A stretch of DNA of 64,000 nt from Planctomycetota bacterium (GTDB lineage: Bacteria > Planctomycetota > B15-G4). Under the pieces are notes generated by a model. It saw only the letters and a list, made by a program, of their open reading frames with translations, was not told the DNA's origin and did not search any database. Positions 46,348 to 55,753 of the stretch are shown here, one piece after another. Location: the NCBI GenBank assembly GCA_038212275.1, contig JBBQUR010000007.1:64001-128000 (forward strand), read 5' to 3'. Within the stretch, counting starts at the first letter, position 1, and each line of letters starts with the position of its first letter. The position numbers were made by a program, and so were the translations under genes.

Positions 46348-48081
46348 TTGTCTTATTTCGTGGCGCCGACATTGCTCGCGGCAATGGTGGCGACGATCGG
46401 CCTGCTTCCCGACGAGGCGGTTTCGCGCCCCAAGGTTGCCTGGACTGAAGCCCTGGCGCTGGCGGCCTTCGGGTTCACGCTGATGCACATGGCCCTCTCT
46501 GCGTCCTGGCGACTGCCATGGCCGCGGGTCGCGGTGCTTGGCGTAGTGCCCGTCATGATCGGCCTGGCTTGGCTTGCCGCCGGCCACATGCAGAGTCGAT
46601 CACTCGCCATCGATGAGGTCATGCGAGTGGCGCTTGTACCTATTATATTCCTTACAACATCAGTTTGTTTATCATCTATGAGGCTGCAGAGGGCTGTACT
46701 CATCACGCTTGTCTGCGTCACTGTTCCAGTCGCTGGGCTGGCGGTCGGCCAGAGTCTCGCAGGTACCCTCGACTTGCCATTCGACAGAGTCGAGCGCGCC
46801 TCCTCGACGTTCGGCAATCCCGTCTTTCTGGGGGCGTACCTGGTACTCGTCATCCCTCCGTGCGCCGTTGCTGCACTCTTCGGAGGCGGCATGCTCCGGT
46901 GGACAGGAGGCCTCGCCACGGGCTTGGCGCTCCCGGCACTGCTCGCCACGCAGAGCCGATGGGCCTGGCTGGGAGGTGCCGCCAGCATCGCAGTCGGAGT
47001 CACGCTCTTGGCGACGACGCGCCTTCACCGACGCGTGCTGCTCGCAGGCTTTGTCGTGGTTGCCGTGGTGATGGCAGTACTGAGTTCGAAGGTGCTCACG
47101 CGATCCCAGTATCACGCCCTGATCTGGCGTGACACTGCGGAGATGATCGCGGCGCACCCATGGGGTGTCGGACCTGGTCAATTTCAGGTTGCCTTTTTGC
47201 CATTTGCATCGAATGATCTTCTTTCTATATACCCTCGTTCTTCTGTCATTATCAACGACGCCCACTGCGAGCCGCTGCAGGTGTTGGCCGAACTTGGCTG
47301 GCTCGGACTCGTCGCCGTCGTTGCGTGGCTGGCCATGCTGGCGCTCGCGTGCCTTCGCGGGATCAGGAAGGCCAGTCAGTCTGACGAACAGCGGCCCTAC
47401 CTCGTAGCCATGGTCGCCGCGCTGAGCGGAAGCGCCGTGCAATCCCTGGGATCGCCGGACCTGCGCTTCATCATCTCATCCATGGTCTTCGCGACGCTTG
47501 CCGGGCTTGCCGCCGCGATGGACTCATCCACTCTTCCCACGAGGCGGATACGGCTTCCGGGACGAATCGCGCTTGCAGGCGTCGGCTTGCTCTCGATTGG
47601 CTGGGCCGGACACTTCGTGATCGAGCACGCAAGGGTCGTGAAGCTGCTTGAGCCACGCGTACCCGTCGCCCAGGCGCCCTCCGATGCGGCGCCCCTGCGC
47701 CAGCTCCTTCAGGCTGTTAAAGAGGATCCAAACAACGCAGAAATACACTATAATATTGGCATCGCTTTGGCCGGCGCTCACAGCTACCACGAAGCGGCGA
47801 TCGCCTTTCGAAAGGCTGCGACCTTGAGTTCGGGCAAGCCGGCGGTCATTCGCAGCCTTGGCCTCATGGAAGGACTCGCCGGGGAGTTTGAAGCGGCTCT
47901 CCCACATCTCCGGGCGTCCCTCATCAGCTACCCGGACGACGCCGAGGTGCGGTACCTACTCGCCTACTCAGCCTTCGGGTTGGGTGACGTCGCGACCGCC
48001 ATCCAGGAGTTGGAGGTCCTGCTGGCAGCACATCCAGACCATCCGCAGGGACTTCTTCTGCTGCAGCGACTTCGCGAGTGA
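46348..48081 (+). CDS. O-antigen ligase (Wzy_C/WaaL) family protein with C-terminal TPRs
   Basis: STFGNPVFLGAYL, TQSRWAWLG, IW...GVGPGQF, DAHCEPLQVLAELGWLG; TPR tail; start uncertain. Confidence 0.88.
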   Translation: MSYFVAPTLLAAMVATIGLLPDEAVSRPKVAWTEALALAAFGFTLMHMALSASWRLPWPRVAVLGVVPVMIGLAWLAAGHMQSRSLAIDEVMRVALVPIIFLTTSVCLSSMRLQRAVLITLVCVTVPVAGLAVGQSLAGTLDLPFDRVERASSTFGNPVFLGAYLVLVIPPCAVAALFGGGMLRWTGGLATGLALPALLATQSRWAWLGGAASIAVGVTLLATTRLHRRVLLAGFVVVAVVMAVLSSKVLTRSQYHALIWRDTAEMIAAHPWGVGPGQFQVAFLPFASNDLLSIYPRSSVIINDAHCEPLQVLAELGWLGLVAVVAWLAMLALACLRGIRKASQSDEQRPYLVAMVAALSGSAVQSLGSPDLRFIISSMVFATLAGLAAAMDSSTLPTRRIRLPGRIALAGVGLLSIGWAGHFVIEHARVVKLLEPRVPVAQAPSDAAPLRQLLQAVKEDPNNAEIHYNIGIALAGAHSYHEAAIAFRKAATLSSGKPAVIRSLGLMEGLAGEFEAALPHLRASLISYPDDAEVRYLLAYSAFGLGDVATAIQELEVLLAAHPDHPQGLLLLQRLRE

Positions 48082-48764
48082 CCACCGAGGTCGTCCTGTT
48101 CGATGCCGGGGGCACGCTCTTTACCGAGGTGGAGACCCGGGACGAGGTCTACGCGCGCGTTTTCGCGGAGCATGGCCTTCACTTGAACGCCGCCGGAATG
48201 GCCTCGCTTCGCCATGCCGTACACGACGACATGCCCGAATTTTTCGCCGGTGCGGCGCGCTACACGGATCTCTGGTTCCGGGAATTCATCAGGAGGCTCC
48301 TCTCGAAACTGGAGAGCGCCGCCGACCCGGAAGGCATCCGTCGGGAGTTGGCCGAGTACTTCCATCGCCCAGAGCACTTCGCGGTCTTCCCGGACACCAT
48401 TCCTGCACTTGAAGAGCTTGGGTCACTCGGTCTCAGACTGGGCGTGGTCAGCAACTGGAACCACGGGCTCCAGGAGTTGCTTGCTGAGCTTTCCCTGGTG
48501 CGCCACTTCGAATGCGTCGTGATTTCCTCGATGGTCGGGGCCTCAAAGCCTGACCGACTGATTTTCCGTCACGCCCTCCGTTGCTTTGGCATCGCTCCGG
48601 CGAAGGCGCTCCATGTCGGCGATCACCCGGTGAACGACCTGCTGGGCGCCCGCCGTTGCGGCATCCCGGCGCTGCTCGTCGACCGGCGCGGCCACGAAAC
48701 CGGCGGGATCGGCACGATCCGCTCGCTAGAGGACATTTCCGGCCACGTGCTGCGCGCGGGCTGA
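48078..48764 (+). CDS. HAD-IA family hydrolase
   Basis: FDAGGTL, VVSNW, KPDRLIF, HVGDHPVNDL. Confidence 0.92.
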   Translation: MTTEVVLFDAGGTLFTEVETRDEVYARVFAEHGLHLNAAGMASLRHAVHDDMPEFFAGAARYTDLWFREFIRRLLSKLESAADPEGIRRELAEYFHRPEHFAVFPDTIPALEELGSLGLRLGVVSNWNHGLQELLAELSLVRHFECVVISSMVGASKPDRLIFRHALRCFGIAPAKALHVGDHPVNDLLGARRCGIPALLVDRRGHETGGIGTIRSLEDISGHVLRAG

Positions 48765-48889
48765 CGACGCGGCCGGAACTCCAGCCAGCGAGCAACCGCC
48801 ACCGCGATGCCTCGCCTGGCCCCCGGCAGCAGTCCACGGATTTGCGAAAGTCATCCCGTTACCTCGCGGGCCGGCTTCGTACAGATCGG

Positions 48890-49005
48890 CGAGGTGCGCA
48901 GAAGAGTGCTGCTTCGGACTGCATCCCTCGGTGGGTTCACCCCCTCGACTTCGCGCCGACTGCCCAAGGCAACAAGTCGTCCGGGGCGCTTCCTGCTGCA
49001 CCTCG
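48890..49005 (+). ncRNA. Candidate structured non-coding RNA (family unknown)
   Basis: Long imperfect outer stem (CGAGGTGC/GCACCTCG, GCAG/CTGC, TTCGGAC/GTCCGGG) in a 350-bp intergenic gap followed by a terminator. Confidence 0.4.
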
Positions 49006-49042
49006 AGAGAGAGCGACACAGAAGAGAGAGCTGAGTGGAGCG

Positions 49043-49083
49043 TGCGCCGTGCCCGTGAAAACGGGCGCGGCGCATCCTTTTTC
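49043..49083 (+). terminator. Intrinsic terminator
   Basis: TGCGCCGTGCCCGT-GAAA-ACGGGCGCGGCGCA then TCCTTTTT. Confidence 0.85.
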
Positions 49084-49118
49084 TGGCCGGCTCGGGCGAA
49101 GCCTAGAATCCCGGCACG

Positions 49119-49988
49119 ATGCTTGCGCCCGTCAGGATCTCGTTGGCTCAGTGCGATGCCGTCCTGGGGGACGTTGCGCGCAACCTGGACGCCCATCTTC
49201 GTCGCGTGGAGGCCGCCCGTGTGGTCGGCGCCGGCCTTGTGGTCTTCCCGGAGCTGTCATTGACCGGCTACGGCCTGCGCGACCTCACCCCTGACGTCGC
49301 CATGCGGACGGATGCGCCGGCGCTGGCCCGACTTGCCCACGCCAGCCACGACATCGACATCGCGGCCGGCTGGATCGACGAAAGCCCGGAGCACGTGCAC
49401 TACAACGCCGCCGGATACTTCTCCAAAGGGCGACTGGTGCACGTGCACCGGAAGATCTACCCGGTGAACTACGGGATGTTCGAAGAACGGCGCTACTGGG
49501 GCGCCGGCGACCAGGTCTCTGCCTTCGACACGGCATGGGGACGTGTCGGGCTCCTGATATGCGAAGACCAATGGCACCCTTCCACGTCCTACCTGCTGTT
49601 CGCGGATCGCGCGGACGTGATCATCACGCTCTCCGCTTCTCCTGCCCGCGGAGTGCTCCGCAAGTCCGACGGTGAAGAGGGCCCTGCGTCATCGCGCACC
49701 TGGGACACGTTGCTCAGGCAGCAGAGCGCCGGGTTGACGCTCTGGTCGGTGTACGTGAACCGCGTCGGAGTCGAGGACGGCACCTCCTTCGCGGGGGGCA
49801 GCCGCGTCATCGACCCCTTCGGCGAGGTCGTGAGCGAACTCGGGCTCGAGGAGGCGCAGGAGTGCGTGACTCTGCACCCCGCGCCTCTGGCGCGTCGCCG
49901 CCTCGAGAACCCCATGCTTCGCGACGAGCGGCTTGACGTCACGCTCGGCAATCTGCAGCGGATAGCCCGTGACCGCCTTGGAGATTGA
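49119..49988 (+). CDS. Carbon-nitrogen hydrolase; likely glutaminase subunit of NAD synthetase
   Basis: [31 protein letters not shown]; overlaps nadE. Confidence 0.9.
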   Translation: MLAPVRISLAQCDAVLGDVARNLDAHLRRVEAARVVGAGLVVFPELSLTGYGLRDLTPDVAMRTDAPALARLAHASHDIDIAAGWIDESPEHVHYNAAGYFSKGRLVHVHRKIYPVNYGMFEERRYWGAGDQVSAFDTAWGRVGLLICEDQWHPSTSYLLFADRADVIITLSASPARGVLRKSDGEEGPASSRTWDTLLRQQSAGLTLWSVYVNRVGVEDGTSFAGGSRVIDPFGEVVSELGLEEAQECVTLHPAPLARRRLENPMLRDERLDVTLGNLQRIARDRLGD

Positions 49989-50790
49989 CGCTCCGCTGGT
50001 GGAGCACCTCCTCGTCGGCTTCGTGCGCGACGAGATCGCCAGCGCCGGCCTCGCTCGCGCCGTGATCGGCCTTTCGGGCGGCGTGGATTCGGCCGTCTCT
50101 GCGGCGCTGGCGGCACGCGCGCTCGGGCCCTCCGGTGTCCTCTGCCTGTGCATGCCGTACCAGGCGTCCAACCCGCAGTCTCTGGCGGACGCGCGACACG
50201 TTGCCGGAGCACTCGGCACGGGTTTCGACATCGTGGACATCACGCCCTCCGTCGATGCGTATTTTGCGACGCAGTCCGACGCCGACGCACTGCGCCGCGG
50301 CAACAAGATGGCACGCGAGCGCATGGCGGTCCTCTACGACCGCTCCGCAGCCAGCAAGGCACTCGTCGTCGGCACGTCGAACAAGACCGAACTCCTGCTC
50401 GGCTATGGCACGCTGTTCGGCGACATGGCGTCTGCGCTCAACCCGCTGGGCGACCTTTACAAGACGCAGGTCTTCCAGCTCGCGCGCCACCTGGGCCTGC
50501 CGGAGCGGGTCATCACCAAGGCGCCTTCCGCAGACCTCTGGGCCGGCCAGACGGACGAACAGGAGATGGGCTTCTCGTACGACGCCGTGGATCGCCTGCT
50601 GCTGGACATGGTCGAGCGACGCATGGGCGACGACGAACTTCAGGCCGCGGGCCACGACGCGGCCTTCGTGCTGCGCGTACGACGCATGATCTCCAAGAGC
50701 CAGTTCAAGCGACAGATGCCGCTCATTGCGAAGCTCACGGACCGGACGATCAATGCGGACTTCCGCTACCCGCGCGACTGGGGCACCTGA
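49969..50790 (+). CDS. nadE: NAD+ synthetase
   Basis: [40 protein letters not shown]. Confidence 0.95.
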   Translation: MTALEIDAPLVEHLLVGFVRDEIASAGLARAVIGLSGGVDSAVSAALAARALGPSGVLCLCMPYQASNPQSLADARHVAGALGTGFDIVDITPSVDAYFATQSDADALRRGNKMARERMAVLYDRSAASKALVVGTSNKTELLLGYGTLFGDMASALNPLGDLYKTQVFQLARHLGLPERVITKAPSADLWAGQTDEQEMGFSYDAVDRLLLDMVERRMGDDELQAAGHDAAFVLRVRRMISKSQFKRQMPLIAKLTDRTINADFRYPRDWGT

Positions 50791-50828
50791 GCCACGCACG
50801 CCCGCCACGCACGCCCGCCACGCTCGCC
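50791..50828. repeat. 13-bp tandem repeat GCCACGCACGCCC (~3 copies)
   Basis: Read directly after the nadE stop. Confidence 0.75.
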
Positions 50829-50887
50829 ATCGACGCGCAGGCCGAGACCCGTGCGCTTGCGGTCCCCTGGTCGGTAGCATCGCACCC

Positions 50888-52858
50888 ATGAATCGTTCCA
50901 CGGATTCACGGCTGCTCCTGAAGTCTGCGGCGGCTCCGCCCATCACGCTTGCCGTCGCGCACCTTCGGGTCGCCGCCTGCGTGCTTTTCGGCATGTCGCT
51001 TGGCGCGCCTTCGGGCGCGCAGGGAATGCAGCCAGCACAAGCGGCACAGGGGGGCGCTGCAAAGCACCCGACACTGGAACTCGCGCCGCCGTTCGAGCCC
51101 TTTCAGGGTCACGCTTTCACAGTCGCCATGCCGCCCGAATGGCCGTCGGATTCCGCGGATCGGTCGGACAGCCAGATGGTGCTGCTCGAAGACGGTCTGA
51201 CGCTGGGGCCGGCACACGCGCTGCACTCCGTCATCCGGGAGTCCGGTGCGGGGGCGTGGTCGCACTGGAATGGCACGCTCATTTTCTCCAGCAGCGACGA
51301 ATCGGATCCGAACACCAACGGGCGCCGGTATGTCGTGGAGTACCGAGGGCCGGTCGGTCTGGGCCGCGCGGCGTACGCGCCGCTTTCCCTGCGCGACCCC
51401 TTCGCGCGCCTGCCCGACGTCGACGCTGCAGCCGGGGCTCTGCTGCGCATCGTGCCTCCGCCCGTCGTGCCTCCGCGCATCGTGTGGTGGTACACGATCG
51501 ACGCGCTGCGCGCCGACTCGCTCTTCGCCGAACGCAATGGCCAGCGCGTGATGCCCGAGCTCTCGCACTTCGCGGAAGCCGATGCCGTTCGCTTCGAGCA
51601 TGCCTACGCGACGGCGAGCTTTACCAAGACGTCCACCGCGTCCATGTTCACGGGGCTGTGGCCCACTCACCATCGCGTGCTGCACGGCCTGTTGCCCGTG
51701 TGGCCGACGGGCGTCGAACTGATCTTCGACCTCGACAGCCGCTTCCGCACGCTGGCGTCCGCGTTGAGCGCGCTCGACTACGACACGTGGACCCACCTCT
51801 ACACCCTGCATGTGCGCCCCGGTGACGGCATGCTCGCCGGATTCCGCCACCTCGACCTCGACGTGACGGGCCAGACACCGCTCCCGGTCCCCCCGCCGGA
51901 TGGCCGGCTCTTCGTGTACGAGCACATCCTCGGCGTGCACAGCCCCTACGCACCGAGCGCCGCGGCTCGCACCCGCCTCGCACTGCCGGCACCGACTCAC
52001 GTGGACCCGGCCGGCGTGGGGTGGTTCGAGGGCGCGCTGGACGCCGACGCGCTGCGCGAACTCCGGGAGGCCTACGACGGTGAAGCCGCCGACGCGGACG
52101 AGCGCTTCGCGATGCGCCTCGCGTGGCTGCGGTCTCACGGCCTGTGGGACGACACGCTGCTCATCGTCACCGCCGATCACGGCGAGGGCTTTCTCGAGCA
52201 CGGGCTCACGCAACACAGCAACTCGCTGTACGAAGAAGCCGTGCACGTGCCTCTGCTCATCCACTTTCCGGCCGGCGACGCGCGCGCGCCGCTGCACGGC
52301 AGCAGCCTGCCGCACCGCGTGAGCCTCGCGGACCTGTACCCCACGCTGCTCGCACTGACGGGCGCTGAGGCACCGCCCTACGCGCTCGACGGCGCGAGCC
52401 TGCTTCCGATTCTCGACGGCCAGGAGACCGACCCGCTCGCACGCGACGTCGTGTTGCGCTGCTCCTTCACGCGGCATGTCCAGGGCGGCGACGGCGACGC
52501 GCTCTTCGTCACCGACGCGATCCTTTCCGGGACGCGCAAGGCGCAGTTCGGCTTCCGCATCCAGTCCAGCCAGGACGCGGAGCACGCGTTTCGTCAGGGC
52601 GACTGGATCGCCGAGCTGTTCGACCTGCAGGCTGACCCGGGCGAGGAGCTCGATCTCTCGCCGCAGCAGCCCGACGCCTTCCTTGCCCTCACGGCACGAC
52701 ACGCCGCGGCTTCGCAGCCGTTGCTTCCGCGAGAACCATCGCCGGAAGGCGCGACCGACCCGTCGCTGCGCGCAACGCCGGATGCGCCCTCGCCCGTCGT
52801 GGATCCGGCCGATGCCGCGCGGCTGGAAGCGCTGCGCCAGCTCGGCTACGTTCGCTGA
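50888..52858 (+). CDS. Exported sulfatase-like hydrolase/transferase with one N-terminal His-rich unknown domain
   Basis: TIDALRAD, SFTKTSTASMFTG, VHSPY, TADHGEGFLEHG, LRQLGYVR. Confidence 0.88.
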   Translation: MNRSTDSRLLLKSAAAPPITLAVAHLRVAACVLFGMSLGAPSGAQGMQPAQAAQGGAAKHPTLELAPPFEPFQGHAFTVAMPPEWPSDSADRSDSQMVLLEDGLTLGPAHALHSVIRESGAGAWSHWNGTLIFSSSDESDPNTNGRRYVVEYRGPVGLGRAAYAPLSLRDPFARLPDVDAAAGALLRIVPPPVVPPRIVWWYTIDALRADSLFAERNGQRVMPELSHFAEADAVRFEHAYATASFTKTSTASMFTGLWPTHHRVLHGLLPVWPTGVELIFDLDSRFRTLASALSALDYDTWTHLYTLHVRPGDGMLAGFRHLDLDVTGQTPLPVPPPDGRLFVYEHILGVHSPYAPSAAARTRLALPAPTHVDPAGVGWFEGALDADALRELREAYDGEAADADERFAMRLAWLRSHGLWDDTLLIVTADHGEGFLEHGLTQHSNSLYEEAVHVPLLIHFPAGDARAPLHGSSLPHRVSLADLYPTLLALTGAEAPPYALDGASLLPILDGQETDPLARDVVLRCSFTRHVQGGDGDALFVTDAILSGTRKAQFGFRIQSSQDAEHAFRQGDWIAELFDLQADPGEELDLSPQQPDAFLALTARHAAASQPLLPREPSPEGATDPSLRATPDAPSPVVDPADAARLEALRQLGYVR

Positions 52859-52863
52859 GACCC

Positions 52864-54021
52864 ATGGCCGCCCAGCAGCCCGACGCTTCCCGTGATCCCC
52901 GGAGCAGCCGCCTCTCGCTGCTGCAGCGCCTCACCTTCCTGTTCCGCTCGTACGAAATTCCACCGGACAGCCTGCCGTGGCGCGGCCCCTTCAAGCGCGA
53001 CGACCGGCGTTGCTACGTAAGGCCAGTCCCGTCCGAGTGGACCTCCGACGCCAGCGGCCACTCGGCCATCACGTTGTTCGAGGACGGCCTGCCGCTCGGC
53101 CCGGCGCACGCCTCGCACGACGACATCCGCACGCTGGGCAAGGGACGCTACTCGCATTGGGGAGAAGCGCTGTACTTCTCGGCCAGCGACGACACCGACC
53201 CGAACACCAACGGCCGCGTCTATTCGGTGCAGCCTCCCGCGGGCTGGCTCGGGACGCTGCCGCTCTCGCCGTGGCCCGCACCGGACAGCCCCGAGGCGTC
53301 GGAGGAGTCAGCTGTGACGCCTCGCGACCCGGCGCCCGTCGAAGCCGCCGCAACGCCCGCCGGTGCCGAGCGTGCCGAGCATGCCATGACGCGCGCGCAC
53401 GGCGCCGCGGCATCAACGACCCGCCATCCTGCAATCCTCCCGAGTCTCGGCTGGCGCATCCGCGACCTGCCCCCCGCATCGATGACCGCCGTCGAAGGCC
53501 TCGCCGTGCGCTGTGATCTCCCCGCCGACTGGCCCTCGGACGCCGACAGCGTGTCGACCGTGCTGCTGCTCGAGGACGATGTGCCGCTCGCACTCCCTCA
53601 TGCGCTGCACGCCGACATCGTGGCGCGCGGAGGCGGCCGCTATTCGCACTGGGGCACGACGCTCATCTGTTCCTCGAGCGACGGCAGCGATCCGCTCACC
53701 AACGGCCGCCGCTACGCCGCGGCATGGGCCGACGCCTTGCTCTTCAGTCACGCGCCGCAGCCTCCGCATCGCGATGCCGGCCACTGCCACGTGCTGCCGA
53801 TGCTGCCGCGCCACTGGGTCTCGGACGATGCCGGCGTCTCGCGCCTCGTGCTGCTGGAGGACGGCCGTCCACTCGGACCGCCCCACGCCCTGCACGCAGA
53901 GATCCGGGAACTCGGCGGCGGCCGCTTGTCGCACTGGCACGGCCAGCTCCTGTTCTCCACGAGCGACAACAGCGATCCGGCCACGAATGGCCGCACCTAC
54001 GCGGTGCTGCCGCTCGACTGA
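52864..54021 (+). CDS. Protein of three tandem copies of an unrecognised His-rich domain
   Basis: 3x WxSD...ED..L..HAxH..I...GxG..SHW...SxSD..DP.TNGR.Y. Confidence 0.85.
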   Translation: MAAQQPDASRDPRSSRLSLLQRLTFLFRSYEIPPDSLPWRGPFKRDDRRCYVRPVPSEWTSDASGHSAITLFEDGLPLGPAHASHDDIRTLGKGRYSHWGEALYFSASDDTDPNTNGRVYSVQPPAGWLGTLPLSPWPAPDSPEASEESAVTPRDPAPVEAAATPAGAERAEHAMTRAHGAAASTTRHPAILPSLGWRIRDLPPASMTAVEGLAVRCDLPADWPSDADSVSTVLLLEDDVPLALPHALHADIVARGGGRYSHWGTTLICSSSDGSDPLTNGRRYAAAWADALLFSHAPQPPHRDAGHCHVLPMLPRHWVSDDAGVSRLVLLEDGRPLGPPHALHAEIRELGGGRLSHWHGQLLFSTSDNSDPATNGRTYAVLPLD

Positions 54022-55751
54022 TCCGGGCGCTCCGGGGCCGGCAGACCGAGCACCGTGAGCAGGTCGTGTCGCGGGCAGAAGCGGTCCGTGCCGGCTCGCC
54101 AGAACTCGACCGGCAGCGCAGCGCTCACGATCGGCCACGCTGCGCTTGCCTTCAGGTCAACGGCCGAGGGCGCGGCTGCCAGCGGGCCACGCGCGCCGCT
54201 CTCCGTGTGCGGGCGGCACTCGGGGACGAACACGGTCACCGCATCGAAGGCTTGCGGTGCGAGCGACAGGCACAACTCGTCCGCAGCGGACGCCGGCTTG
54301 CCGGCCAGCGCCGCGCGCACCGGCCACGGCGGCGCGTTCACGCAGAGCAATCCGCCGTGCGCTGCGGCCACCTCGCGCACGCTGCTCGCCAGCAGACCGG
54401 GGCCCGCAGCCTGCGCCGGAAGTCCGGGCAGCATCGGTTGCGCCAGCCCGCGCGCGCTCACCGACCAGCCGGCGTCGCGACGCCGGCGGCCCGGGCAGCC
54501 CGCTGCGGCCGCGGCGCCGATGCCCGGCACCGCGGCCCACGCAAGCAGCAGCGAAAGTTCCTCGCTCCGGGCTCGCAGCGTCGCGTCGATCACGAGCCAG
54601 GCGGCATCGTCATCGCGCTCCGTCTCCGGCCAGGCATTGCGCGTGATCGAGACGGGGGTCACCGGCGAGCCCTCCAGCGACAAGGCCAACGTCCACGCCG
54701 CGCAGCCGCGCTCCGGTCCGCGCAAGACGACGTGGCAGCGGCGCGGCGCGGCGGGCGTGCGCGGCGTCAGCACGTAGACGCCGGGCACGCTGCCGTGCGT
54801 CACCGAGGCGATGGGCAGTTCCCGGCGCGCGCAGGCTGCCTCGACCGCTCGTCGTCCCGCCTCGTAGGCCCACGGCTTGGCGGTGGAGCTGTCCGCGACG
54901 CTGCCGCGTGTGCGCCGCCAGTGGTAGCCGATGCCCGGCAGATGCGCGATGCGCGCGCCCGCATCGAAGGCACGCAGCACGAGGTCGTGATCCTGGGCGC
55001 CATCGAAGGCCGGGCGCAGGCCCTCCAGGCGAACCCACAGCGTGCGACGCAGCGCGAGCAGGTGCGTCACGTAGTTGAAGCCGAGGAGCAGCATCGGCGA
55101 TGGCCCGGGCTTGAAGACCGGATGCACGCGCGCGCCCCATGGCGTGAGCTGATCCTCGTCCGTGTAGAGCATCTGAAGCCGCGGGTCTGCGCCGAAGGCC
55201 GCCGCAAGGCGGGCGAACACGCCGCTCGCGAGCACGTCGTCGTGGTCGAGCAGCACGAAGACGTCGCCGCGGGCCGCGGCCGCCGCAGCGTTGGTGGCCG
55301 TGCTGATGCCGTGCGCGTCGCCGGTCGACCGCAGCAGCTTCACGCGCGGATCGTCCGCCGCCAGCTTGCCAAGCAACGCCAGCACGTCCGGATCGCGGCA
55401 ACCGTCGTCGCAGAGCAGCAACTCCCAGGTGGCGTGATCCTGCGCGGAGATCGAGGCGTAAAGCTCTGCCAGCTGCGCGGCTGGTGGATCGAGCACGGGC
55501 ACGAGCACGGAGACGAGCAACGGCGACTCCGCGTCGTCACGGCGGCCCGGAGCTGCGGAGGAGCCCTGAGCCGGCGAGGCATTCGCCCCGGCCGCCTGCT
55601 GCCGGAGCCAGCTCGTGTAGGATCGTGTCGAAGGGGCGCGGCGATCGCCGATCAGCCCGCTGACCCGCTCCAGTGTCGAGGCGAGGCCCCGGTGGCTGTA
55701 CCAGAGGTAGCCACGCCGCAGCAGGTCGCGCAGTGCGCGCAGGTCGTTCAC
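53997..55751 (-). CDS. Glycosyltransferase family 2 with degenerate second GT2 half
   Basis: VSVLVPV, WELLLCDDG, LLDHDD, YTDED, FDGAQDHDLVLR, YHWR. Confidence 0.9.
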   Translation of the reverse strand: MNDLRALRDLLRRGYLWYSHRGLASTLERVSGLIGDRRAPSTRSYTSWLRQQAAGANASPAQGSSAAPGRRDDAESPLLVSVLVPVLDPPAAQLAELYASISAQDHATWELLLCDDGCRDPDVLALLGKLAADDPRVKLLRSTGDAHGISTATNAAAAAARGDVFVLLDHDDVLASGVFARLAAAFGADPRLQMLYTDEDQLTPWGARVHPVFKPGPSPMLLLGFNYVTHLLALRRTLWVRLEGLRPAFDGAQDHDLVLRAFDAGARIAHLPGIGYHWRRTRGSVADSSTAKPWAYEAGRRAVEAACARRELPIASVTHGSVPGVYVLTPRTPAAPRRCHVVLRGPERGCAAWTLALSLEGSPVTPVSITRNAWPETERDDDAAWLVIDATLRARSEELSLLLAWAAVPGIGAAAAAGCPGRRRRDAGWSVSARGLAQPMLPGLPAQAAGPGLLASSVREVAAAHGGLLCVNAPPWPVRAALAGKPASAADELCLSLAPQAFDAVTVFVPECRPHTESGARGPLAAAPSAVDLKASAAWPIVSAALPVEFWRAGTDRFCPRHDLLTVLGLPAPERPDQSSGSTA

Positions 55752-55753
55752 CG

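Noticed and set aside
48890..49005. SRP RNA or 5S rRNA identity for the fold-back
   Set aside because: Lacks the SRP helix-8 motif and 5S conserved sequences on either strand
49119..50790. Split glutaminase + NadE as a novelty
   Set aside because: Two-subunit glutamine-dependent NAD synthetases are already known
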